DNA of 64,000 nt, taken from NCBI GenBank assembly GCA_017544165.1, contig JAFYER010000012.1, positions 67,401-131,400 of the forward strand, written 5' to 3'. The position numbers and the translations under genes are program-made. This DNA is from Bacilli bacterium. GTDB taxonomy: Bacteria; Bacillota_I; Bacilli_A; RF39; UBA660. Positions 44,517 through 52,732 of this stretch are shown here, piece after piece. The notes under the pieces were generated by a model. That model saw only the letters and a program-made list of their open reading frames with translations. It made no database searches and was not told where the DNA came from. The stretch's first letter is position 1. The number at the start of each line of letters is the position of its first letter.

Positions 44517-45655
44517 TTTTCTTCCTTTGCTAATAATGTATTTAACATGTGATAATTTTTTTCAAATATTTCAATAAACTTAGTTATTTCCTCAGATGTA
44601 GTTATACTTGCAAGGCTTATTCTAATTGTATGTGTAGCTCTTTTTAAATCATTATATATGGCCATAACACTACTTGAAAGCTCGCCAGATGAACATGCTG
44701 TATTGGTAGAAATATATACCGCATCATTATCAAGAGCCCTAATAAATGTCTCGGGTTTAACATTCATTAAAGAAATATTTAAAATATGTGGAATAGAATA
44801 CTTTGTTTTATTAATAAGTATGCCATCCATAGTTGCAAATTTTTTACATAAGCGGTCATTTAAAAGGCCAATATATTTTTCTTTTTTCTCAAGATCATCG
44901 GTTGCAAGACGTAAAGCTTTAGAAAAACCAACAATCAAAGGCAGTGGCGGCGTTCCTGGTTTTAATTCATTTGACTTTCCACTGCCATATATAAGTGGTT
45001 TAACTGTAATTTGACTGTTTTTATAAAAAAGGGCAATTCCCTTAGGGCCAAAAATTTTATGGGAAGAAATGCTTGCCATATCCACATCATGAAGTGATAT
45101 ACTTGTTTTCCCTATTGCTTGAGTCATATCACTGTGTAATACAGTATTCGAATTGATTTTTTTAATTATTTGCCTAATCATTTTAAGAGGTTGTCTTACC
45201 CCTACTTCACTATTTACAGCGCATACACTAACTAGAATAGTATCTTCCCGCATAAGTTTTTTTAAATGTTCAAAATCAATTAAACCATCACTATCATTAT
45301 TTACATAACTTATTTCAAAACCAAGAGTTACCAGATAATCACAAATAGCATAGATCGAAGGATGCTCAAGTTTAGAAACAATAAGATGTTTACCCTTTTT
45401 ATAATTAGCAAGAGCATATCCAATTAAAGCTAAATTATTACTTTCCGTCGAAGAAGATGTATAAGTAAGCTCACTTTCTAAAACACTAAAAAGATTGGCT
45501 ATCTGTTTTGTGGCACTATTCATTAAATCTTTTGATTTTAAACCTAAAGCATTAAGAGAATTAGCATTGCCAATGAAATCCTTAGTAGTCTTGTTCATTA
45601 CATCTAAAACCTCTAAAGAAACAGGAGTCGTGGCGGAATAATCTAAATATATCAT
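44513..45655 (-). CDS. Cysteine desulfurase (class V aminotransferase, NifS/IscS-like)
   Basis: MIYLDYSATTP, SSHKIFGPKG (PLP lysine) and the active-site loop TNTACSSG. 4-nt overlap with thiI, like the nifZ-thiI pair in Bacillus. Confidence 0.85.
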   Translation of the reverse strand: MIYLDYSATTPVSLEVLDVMNKTTKDFIGNANSLNALGLKSKDLMNSATKQIANLFSVLESELTYTSSSTESNNLALIGYALANYKKGKHLIVSKLEHPSIYAICDYLVTLGFEISYVNNDSDGLIDFEHLKKLMREDTILVSVCAVNSEVGVRQPLKMIRQIIKKINSNTVLHSDMTQAIGKTSISLHDVDMASISSHKIFGPKGIALFYKNSQITVKPLIYGSGKSNELKPGTPPLPLIVGFSKALRLATDDLEKKEKYIGLLNDRLCKKFATMDGILINKTKYSIPHILNISLMNVKPETFIRALDNDAVYISTNTACSSGELSSSVMAIYNDLKRATHTIRISLASITTSEEITKFIEIFEKNYHMLNTLLAKEEK

Positions 45656-47385
45656 TATTCACCATCTCCTGTTTTATATTCAGCTAAAAGTTTTTTATGA
45701 ATGCCTGGTTCAATTATATTAATGGCACTTATTGCTTGCTCTAGACTATTTTTATAATTACCTTTATAAAAGGCATTTTCTGCTTTAATTAAACCAAAAT
45801 CGACATCTTTATTATTGATACGATAACGATTGCCATAGACAATTGCTGTTTCTGCCATTTTTGCAGTTTTAGTCGTTTCATTAATCGTATTATATACCTT
45901 CAATACTAAATCCCTAGCGGTATCAACCCTCATATTTAAAGTTTTAATGGAAATCGGTCTTTTTTCTAGTTCACTTACCATTTCACTTATAGCTTCGCTT
46001 GCTTCAGAAAGCTCAATATAATAATTCTTAGGAACGATTGGTAGTTTATAAGTTCTTGCCTTTTCTTTAGTTTGATATAAAATATCTTTTATTTCACTCA
46101 ATTGATCCTTAGCACGTAGTTCATCATCTTTTAAACTGCCTAGGTTCTTCAAGGTGGCGCTTAATTTAGTTTCGGTATTTAAAAGCTTATTATTGACAAT
46201 CTCCATCTCTCTTGCAAGATAAGAATATGCCATCTTTTTACCACGATATATTTCAATTATTTTATCGTATGTCATTCGCTCTTCGATTAGTTCATCACGA
46301 ATTTCACTAATTACTGCTAAATCTTCATCGGTTAAATCATAACTGTATTTAAGTTCACCCGTTTTACTATAAAGTTCATTATTGATTTTCTCAAGTTTCG
46401 ATGATTTTAATAAAATCGTTCTGGAATATTCATCAAATAATTTTCTAGCAAGTTTTTCTTTATCAAAATCACTATATAAAGAGTCAAAATAATCAAACAT
46501 TGTTTTAAGTTCAAAAGTAGAATCTTCGACATCTAAAACATTAAGTCTTTGGAAAATATCTTGAATTTTTTTATTTGCTTCCTCGATATTATAATCAATA
46601 TTTAGATATTCAAGATTATACCCATCATTAGTCATTTTCTTGTTAATTAATTTAATATCTTCGATTTTCTTAGGAATTAATAGTTCTCCATATTGGACAA
46701 TGGTCTTTGTTTCATCGACTACTACCCGAAGATTAGAAATAATTGTATCGATGGCCTTTACTATTTTACCTACTTCCGTATAAGCATTTTTATCCATCGC
46801 ATTTTCAAAAGATGAAAACAATTTATCAACATTTTCAAATTGCAATTCGATAGGATTCTTAATTTTTTCATAATCAGCAAGATTATCATTATAAGTTGTT
46901 CTAATTGCCCGATATTCTGCTTTAAGTTTAGTAATCTTTTCTCTATTTCTTTCCTCACTCAAAGTAATTTCACGAATTTCATCAAGTAAAAAATCAGCCT
47001 TATTTTTAAGATAATTTAATTCCATCTCAGCTTTAATCATCGATGTTTTTAATTTTTTATAGTCGCCATCTTCAAAATTAAGTTGAACCTCATTAATTAA
47101 ATCGGTTATTCCAGGCATATCTTTTTCTTTTATTTCATTAAATCTTTCTTGCCACTGATTATATTGCTCACGAAGTTCATCATTATTGACAAGTGATTCA
47201 ACTTTATTAAGTTCACTTAAAATTGAAGCTGAAATAATAAGATTTTTTTCTCTTTCTAACTCATCAATTTGTTTGCGATACTTTTTCTTATTAAGCCTAT
47301 TTAAGACAACCAAAACAATTACAATTATAATAATTGTAAAGACATAATAGCCAGCGGCGAATAACATAAAGGTTGATCTTGTCAT
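45655..47385 (-). CDS. ezrA: Septation ring formation regulator EzrA
   Basis: Single N-terminal TM segment followed by about 540 aa of coiled-coil repeats. Size and architecture fit EzrA. Located next to the desulfurase-thiI pair, as in Bacillus. GAGGGTG SD. Confidence 0.8.
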   Translation of the reverse strand: MTRSTFMLFAAGYYVFTIIIIVIVLVVLNRLNKKKYRKQIDELEREKNLIISASILSELNKVESLVNNDELREQYNQWQERFNEIKEKDMPGITDLINEVQLNFEDGDYKKLKTSMIKAEMELNYLKNKADFLLDEIREITLSEERNREKITKLKAEYRAIRTTYNDNLADYEKIKNPIELQFENVDKLFSSFENAMDKNAYTEVGKIVKAIDTIISNLRVVVDETKTIVQYGELLIPKKIEDIKLINKKMTNDGYNLEYLNIDYNIEEANKKIQDIFQRLNVLDVEDSTFELKTMFDYFDSLYSDFDKEKLARKLFDEYSRTILLKSSKLEKINNELYSKTGELKYSYDLTDEDLAVISEIRDELIEERMTYDKIIEIYRGKKMAYSYLAREMEIVNNKLLNTETKLSATLKNLGSLKDDELRAKDQLSEIKDILYQTKEKARTYKLPIVPKNYYIELSEASEAISEMVSELEKRPISIKTLNMRVDTARDLVLKVYNTINETTKTAKMAETAIVYGNRYRINNKDVDFGLIKAENAFYKGNYKNSLEQAISAINIIEPGIHKKLLAEYKTGDGE

Positions 47386-47456
47386 TGGCTCACACCCTCG
47401 TAATATAATTTTAACATATTTATTGTATTAAATGAAGTATAAAAAAGCGCTTTATA

Positions 47457-47485
47457 TTGATTTTTTACGATATTTATAATATAAT
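47457..47485 (+). promoter_or_regulatory. Sigma-A promoter for tRNA-Arg
   Basis: TTGATT (47457-47462), a 17-nt spacer, then TATAAT (47480-47485), about 24 nt before the tRNA 5' end. Confidence 0.6.
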
Positions 47486-47508
47486 TAATTTGCTTAAAAA
47501 AGCGTGAT

Positions 47509-47585
47509 GCGCCCATAGCTCAACTGGATAGAGCGTTAGACTACGGATCTAAAGGTTGGGGGTTCGAATCCCTTTGGGCGTACCA
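47509..47585 (+). tRNA. tRNA-Arg(ACG): tRNA-Arg (anticodon ACG), CCA encoded
   Basis: Cloverleaf folded by hand: acceptor GCGCCCA/TGGGCGT, D arm GCTC...GAGC, anticodon stem TTAGA/TCTAA with loop CTACGGA, T arm GGGGG-TTCGAAT-CCCTT, and A73-CCA. Confidence 0.93.
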
Positions 47586-47592
47586 TTTATTG

Positions 47593-47621
47593 TTGTATTT
47601 GCTTTATTTTTAAGGTATAAT
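47593..47621 (+). promoter_or_regulatory. Second sigma-A-like promoter between the two tRNAs
   Basis: TTGTAT (47593-47598), a 17-nt spacer, then TATAAT (47616-47621). Confidence 0.45.
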
Positions 47622-47666
47622 ATTTTTTAGGTGTATCCCCAAACGGGTGCACTAGAGTATCTAAAT

Positions 47667-47743
47667 CGAGAAGTAGCACAGCTTGGTAGTGCACCACGCT
47701 TGGGACGTGGGGGTCGCAGGTTCGAATCCTGTCTTCTCGACCA
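47667..47743 (+). tRNA. tRNA-Pro(UGG): tRNA-Pro (anticodon UGG), CCA encoded
   Basis: Acceptor CGAGAAG/CTTCTCG (C1-G72, typical of bacterial tRNA-Pro), anticodon stem CCACG/CGTGG with loop CTTGGGA, T loop TTCGAAT, and A73-CCA. Confidence 0.93.
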
Positions 47744-47751
47744 TTAAAAAT

Positions 47752-47780
47752 AACTAGATAGTTTAATATCTAGTTTTTTT
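47752..47780 (+). terminator. Intrinsic terminator after tRNA-Pro
   Basis: aactagata-gtttaa-tatctagtt followed by T7. Confidence 0.8.
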
Positions 47781-47816
47781 ATGCAATCTGCTACCCCCAT
47801 GGTCTATAATAATATA

Positions 47817-48584
47817 CTAATAATGATTATCTTTGTTGTAATCTATTACATGATCTAAGACAAATAACTTTTTTAAATCATACTTTCCAATTTTAAAATA
47901 GCAGCTGGCCCTATTTTTACCAATACTTGGTCCGTATTTTACTGGAGAAGTTGTTATAGAAACCGATATAATATTGTGCTCTATCAAATTTAAGAATATA
48001 TCAAATGATTTTATTTTATAACATTCTAATTTAAAATACTTAAAAAATTCTTTTCCGTTTGTTTTTTTAGAAAGTGCATGAACAAAACCTAAATATTTTA
48101 GTTTGCCATTTAATTTTTCTTTAATATCATCGAACAGCCAATATGCACAACTATCAATAAGATTATTATTGATATCAAATATAAATAAAATTATTTTTTC
48201 ATTTTCCCTGTTAACATATAGATTAAAAAAATATCTATTACATATTAAAGTATTTTTTGAACAATAGAACTCCGCATTTAATTTTTTATCATCATCACTT
48301 GAATAATCGTAATAACCAAATGTCCTTCTTATACGATCTATTTCTGGGAATTCCTCTCCCCAAGGTGCAAGTCCAAAAAGCGTAATTGGATAATTAGAAG
48401 TAATTCTCTGTGTCTTAATTTCAATATTATCGAAATCAGGATAAGAAAAATTATCTTCAGACTTTCCAAGCAACTGTTCAAAAGTCATTCCAACTCCATT
48501 AGAAATTGAATTAATGCTTTCAGTCCAACCTCTAGCGTGAATTTCTTGAAATACTTTATCAAGATTATCAAATACCTTTTTCAT
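47817..48584 (-). CDS. MvaI/BcnI-family PD-(D/E)xK restriction-endonuclease-like protein (orphan)
   Basis: The stretch GMTFEQLLGKSEDNFSYPDFDNIEIKTQ...ITLFG...IRRTFGYYD...KKLNAEF parallels the BcnI stretch ILERQFGVQENNITLGDLGEFELKG...LTLFH...IFNRFGYV...KKKLFTTI as I remember it. The PD...ExK catalytic triad is intact. Confidence 0.55.
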   Translation of the reverse strand: MKKVFDNLDKVFQEIHARGWTESINSISNGVGMTFEQLLGKSEDNFSYPDFDNIEIKTQRITSNYPITLFGLAPWGEEFPEIDRIRRTFGYYDYSSDDDKKLNAEFYCSKNTLICNRYFFNLYVNRENEKIILFIFDINNNLIDSCAYWLFDDIKEKLNGKLKYLGFVHALSKKTNGKEFFKYFKLECYKIKSFDIFLNLIEHNIISVSITTSPVKYGPSIGKNRASCYFKIGKYDLKKLFVLDHVIDYNKDNHY

Positions 48585-48637
48585 AAAAAAACCTCCCTAA
48601 TGGAGATTATTTTAAGACATCAGTTAAATAAAAAATG

Positions 48638-49609
48638 TCATTTTTTGTCAGATATGTTTTGCACTTGAACTACTGTAATTGCAACAGCTCCAACGATATC
48701 ATCAATGCTACATCCTCTTGATAAATCATTAACTGGTTTATTTAAACCTTGGGTAATTGGGCCATAGGCACCAGCTTTAGCTAGTCTTTGAACAAGTTTA
48801 TAGGCACTATTGCCAGCATCTAAGTTAGGAAAAACTAAAACATTTGCTTTACCTGCAATGTCAGAATCAGGACATTTTAATTTGGCAACTTCCCTATCTA
48901 TGGCGGCATCAACTTGTAATTCACCTTCAATTTTTAAATCAGTGTATTTTTCTTTAGCAATTTTTGTGGCATTTACTACTTTATCGACAAATTCATGTTT
49001 AGCAGAACCCTTAGTTGAATGAGAAATCATTGCTACATATGCTTCGTTATTTGTAAGTGTTTTGAAGCTGTCTGCAGATTCTTTAGCTATAATGGCGAGT
49101 TCCTCTTCATTTGGATTTTGAACTAAACCACAATCAGCAAAAACAAAAGTGCCATTTAAACCGTACTCACAGTTTGGTACTTCCATTAAAAAAAATGAAG
49201 ATACTACACTACTTCCTTTTATTATTTGAAGGGCTGGCCTTAAGGTATTAGCCGTCGAATGACAAGCACCTGAAACAATACCATCAGCTAAGCCTTCATG
49301 CAAAAGCATACAGGCAAAATACATATAATCATTTAAAATTAAATCTTTCGCTTCTTCATAAGTAAGGCCTTTTTCTTTACGCATTTCATATAGCTTATTT
49401 ATAAATTCTTCTGTTTTATCATACTTCAAAGGATTTATTACTGTTACTTGTTCATTTATGACTTTATCGCCAATTAAAATGACATCAGCTATACCCTCTT
49501 TTTGAATAATTTCCGCAGCTTTTAAAACTCTTTCATCCATTGTTTCTGGTAAAACAATTCTTTTTTTATCGCTTTTAGCTTTTTGAATGATTTCATTAAT
49601 AAAACTCAT
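48638..49609 (-). CDS. pta: Phosphate acetyltransferase
   Basis: MSFINEIIQKAKSDKKRIVLPE N-terminus and C-terminal GPITQGLNKPVNDLSRGC. Start set at ATG 49609 after the AGGTGA SD. Confidence 0.9.
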   Translation of the reverse strand: MSFINEIIQKAKSDKKRIVLPETMDERVLKAAEIIQKEGIADVILIGDKVINEQVTVINPLKYDKTEEFINKLYEMRKEKGLTYEEAKDLILNDYMYFACMLLHEGLADGIVSGACHSTANTLRPALQIIKGSSVVSSFFLMEVPNCEYGLNGTFVFADCGLVQNPNEEELAIIAKESADSFKTLTNNEAYVAMISHSTKGSAKHEFVDKVVNATKIAKEKYTDLKIEGELQVDAAIDREVAKLKCPDSDIAGKANVLVFPNLDAGNSAYKLVQRLAKAGAYGPITQGLNKPVNDLSRGCSIDDIVGAVAITVVQVQNISDKK

Positions 49610-49660
49610 ATTATCACCTACTTTATTTATGACACATTTATTAATTATTTGCAATCATTT

Positions 49661-52600
49661 TTACATTTCTTTCAAATCACCATTCATAATTGAATATAAA
49701 TATACTTTAGCATCTTTTCCCATTGCACTTTTAATATATTTTTTATAAATATTTAATTGTTTTTGATAAGCATCATCATCAATATTTTTTAATTTATAGT
49801 CTACTATTTTTATTTCATCATTGTTTACCAGCAAAAGATCAATAATACCATGAGTATCGTCAAAAATAAATTCATATTCTTTATAAATCTTTGTATCGCA
49901 TGTAATATTTAGTTTTTCTTTTAAAATAGTTAGTTCTTTTTTATAAGGAAAGTCATCAGGTATATTGAAAAAATCGACAAGTTCAAATGCTTCATGAACA
50001 TTACTCCCATATTTTAATAAATCATTTTCCTTCCTAGTTATAACTTTATTTATTTCTTTCGAGGCATGTTTTTTACTAACTATTTCATTATTAATTTTTA
50101 TATTTTTAAAAATGATTCTTTCTTTTTCAGTTACTTTATCTAAACTTTTACTATTTTTCTTAAGATAGTCTTTACTCATTTCAAGTGTATTTAAATCTAT
50201 CTTTTGAATATATTTTTCAATATTACCATTAATCGAATTTAAAATATCAAGAAAAGAATTATATCTTTTGCGAATAACTGTATCTACGAGCCCTTTTACA
50301 TGAAGTTTAACTTCTTCGTTTATTGGACTTACGATTATCATTTTTTCTTTAGCTCTTGTCATAGCTACATACAAAAGCCTTATTTTTTCGGAAATGTCAT
50401 TTAAATTGTATTTATCTATAAGTAAATCATTGGTAATTATTGTACCTATTCCTTCGTTAAAATATGGTGTAATAATTCCATATGTATTATCAAAGGTAAA
50501 TCTTTCTTTAATATCACTTTTATTAAAGGTTTTATAAAAACCAGAAAAATAACATACTGGAAACTCTAAACCTTTTGATTTATGAATATTCATAAGTTTT
50601 ACACTGTTTGTTTCCTTACTATTATCTTTATATTTAATTTCGTAATTACTTTCAATCATTTGGCATAAATAATCACAGAACATTATATAGGTATAACCTA
50701 AATTACTTAGATTGTTAACTATATCTAAAAGATTATCTATTCTAATTAAAATATCATCGACATTACCTATTTTGCTTATTTTTTCATAAAAGTTAAAATC
50801 TTTTAAAATACTTTTAATAATATCTACAGCATTTAGATTATTTATATTTCTTGCAATATTTAAACACTTTTGATAAATTTCTGTTTTTTCATAATCACTA
50901 TTATTAATAATCTTTAAAATATCATTATCACTTAATTCAAAAAGAAATGATCGTGCAATAGAAACAAAAGCATATTTAAAATTAGTATCAATTTGATTAT
51001 ATTTTATTTTTAAAATGAGCGTATAAATATTTTTAATAAGTAATATATCTATTTCACTAGTAAGTTTTCGATCTTCATAAATATGAATCGGTAATCCTTT
51101 ATATTCAAAAACTTTTCGATATGTATTAAAGGCACTACCCCTATCCATAATTATACAAAAATCTGAATATGCGGCATCTCGAAGTGCATTTGTCTTACTA
51201 TCAAAGACTTGATAATGATTTTTAATTTTATTTATGATGTCATTTGCAATAATAAAACTTTCCGTTTCTTCCTTAGTAAAACTACTTTCATCATAAGTTA
51301 AAATATCTAAATCATAGTTTTGATTAGCCATCAAATCAAAAGCATTATTACCATATACCATCTGATGATCTTTTTGGTAATTAGCTCCTCCTATAAAATC
51401 ATCCATGATTAAATTAAAAATCTCATTAATTGCATTTAAAACATTACTGCGTGACCGAAAGTTTTTAAGTAAATCAATTTTAAGGCCACCGATACCTTTG
51501 GTGAAACTATCATATTTGTTTTTGAAAATAATTGGATTAGCATTACGAAAACCATAAATAGATTGTTTAATATCGCCAACCATATAGACATTATCATTTT
51601 CAATAAGACTTATAAAGGCCTCTTGAACATCATTAGTATCTTGATATTCATCAATCATGATTTCTTTATAAAATTCTTTAATTTCCTTTAAAATATCTTC
51701 GTTTTCTTTCAAAAGATTAATAGCCATCATTTCAATGTCAATAAATTCATATAAATCATTTTCATGTTTATATTTATTAATTCTTTCTTCGAAAATGTTT
51801 ATTATCTCAATAATAACTTCAGTATAATCTTTAGCTATAGCAAATGAATCATAGATATCTTCTATGTTATTAAATCTTAAATAGCTCTTTATTTTAGTAA
51901 TTGAATTAGAAATATTTTCTTTAAAAGGTTTAATTTCTTCGTCATCACTAGTAAGTCTTGGCAAACTTACATCGATGTTTGTCTTTAAGTCATCATAACT
52001 TTTACTTCTTATAAGATTTCCTAACTTTTTAGATAGTTCATCATAATAACTTGAACATCCACTTTCAGAAATAATCGTCATATTTGTTTCAATATTATTT
52101 ATTTCCTCATAGATTAAATCCATGTACTTATTTAATAAACTATCTATATATTCTTCATTAAAATATTTATCTATATAACTATCTAAATATTCCTTTTTAT
52201 CAACTTTTTGATCAATTAAACTGATAATATGTAATATTTCTTGTTTTAATTCTTTATCATTTTTAATACAAAAATCATTAATTAATTTAGTAAATTTTTC
52301 ATCTGAAGATTCATAAAATTCATCAAAAATATTGTCTAGTAATTTTTCTTTATAGATACTTATAAAGCTATCATCAACAATACTTAACGATGCAGATACA
52401 TTTAAAACATAACTATATTTTTTAACTAGGGAAAGACAATAAGAATCAAATGTTGTAATATAACTACTTTCCAGTAAATCAAGATTATCTTTTAAATTGG
52501 GATTCTCGCTAATTTTTTTCCTGATTCTTTCTTTCATTTCCCCGGCCGCAGCATTAGTAAAGGTTAGAATCAAAAGCTCATTTATCCTTATTCCATTTTT

Positions 52601-52732
52601 AAGATGCTCAATTACTCTTTCAGATAGAACAGCTGTTTTACCAGAACCGGCTCCCGCAGATACTATAATATTGCTACCTTTTTTTTCGATAGCATCCTTT
52701 TGATCTTTTGTCCAATTAGGCATCTTCATCAC
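49661..52732 (-). CDS. addA: ATP-dependent helicase/nuclease subunit A (AddA)
   Basis: UvrD-type motifs SAGAGSGKT, MIDEYQDTN and VKLMNIHKSKGLEF, plus the C-terminal RecB-type nuclease motif GIIDLLL...IVDYK. Confidence 0.9.
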   Translation of the reverse strand: MMKMPNWTKDQKDAIEKKGSNIIVSAGAGSGKTAVLSERVIEHLKNGIRINELLILTFTNAAAGEMKERIRKKISENPNLKDNLDLLESSYITTFDSYCLSLVKKYSYVLNVSASLSIVDDSFISIYKEKLLDNIFDEFYESSDEKFTKLINDFCIKNDKELKQEILHIISLIDQKVDKKEYLDSYIDKYFNEEYIDSLLNKYMDLIYEEINNIETNMTIISESGCSSYYDELSKKLGNLIRSKSYDDLKTNIDVSLPRLTSDDEEIKPFKENISNSITKIKSYLRFNNIEDIYDSFAIAKDYTEVIIEIINIFEERINKYKHENDLYEFIDIEMMAINLLKENEDILKEIKEFYKEIMIDEYQDTNDVQEAFISLIENDNVYMVGDIKQSIYGFRNANPIIFKNKYDSFTKGIGGLKIDLLKNFRSRSNVLNAINEIFNLIMDDFIGGANYQKDHQMVYGNNAFDLMANQNYDLDILTYDESSFTKEETESFIIANDIINKIKNHYQVFDSKTNALRDAAYSDFCIIMDRGSAFNTYRKVFEYKGLPIHIYEDRKLTSEIDILLIKNIYTLILKIKYNQIDTNFKYAFVSIARSFLFELSDNDILKIINNSDYEKTEIYQKCLNIARNINNLNAVDIIKSILKDFNFYEKISKIGNVDDILIRIDNLLDIVNNLSNLGYTYIMFCDYLCQMIESNYEIKYKDNSKETNSVKLMNIHKSKGLEFPVCYFSGFYKTFNKSDIKERFTFDNTYGIITPYFNEGIGTIITNDLLIDKYNLNDISEKIRLLYVAMTRAKEKMIIVSPINEEVKLHVKGLVDTVIRKRYNSFLDILNSINGNIEKYIQKIDLNTLEMSKDYLKKNSKSLDKVTEKERIIFKNIKINNEIVSKKHASKEINKVITRKENDLLKYGSNVHEAFELVDFFNIPDDFPYKKELTILKEKLNITCDTKIYKEYEFIFDDTHGIIDLLLVNNDEIKIVDYKLKNIDDDAYQKQLNIYKKYIKSAMGKDAKVYLYSIMNGDLKEM

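Noticed and set aside
44658-45014. 118-aa ORF in the track, representative of about 30 short ORFs lying antisense inside longer genes (e.g. 1950..2141, 5272..5514, 9201..9422, 10978..11223, 23333..23638, 34677..34931, 55397..55669, 58165..58440)
   Set aside because: All are fully embedded in the opposite strand of long ORFs with clear family matches. They have low-complexity Ser/Leu/Phe/Ile-rich translations typical of AT-rich shadow frames, and they lack SD sequences.
47744-48640. Possible tRNA-Pro-targeted integrative island carrying the MvaI-like gene
   Set aside because: I looked by eye for a direct repeat of the tRNA-Pro 3' end (..GGTTCGAATCCTGTCTTCTCG) near 48585-48640 and for an integrase gene, and found neither. 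Island status cannot be claimed from this window alone.
49661-52732. AddA is only 1023 aa, versus about 1230 aa for B. subtilis AddA as I recall
   Set aside because: The helicase motifs and the C-terminal RecB-type nuclease motif are all present and the ORF is uninterrupted. Shorter AddA proteins are plausible in reduced AT-rich lineages. There is no evidence of truncation or frameshift.
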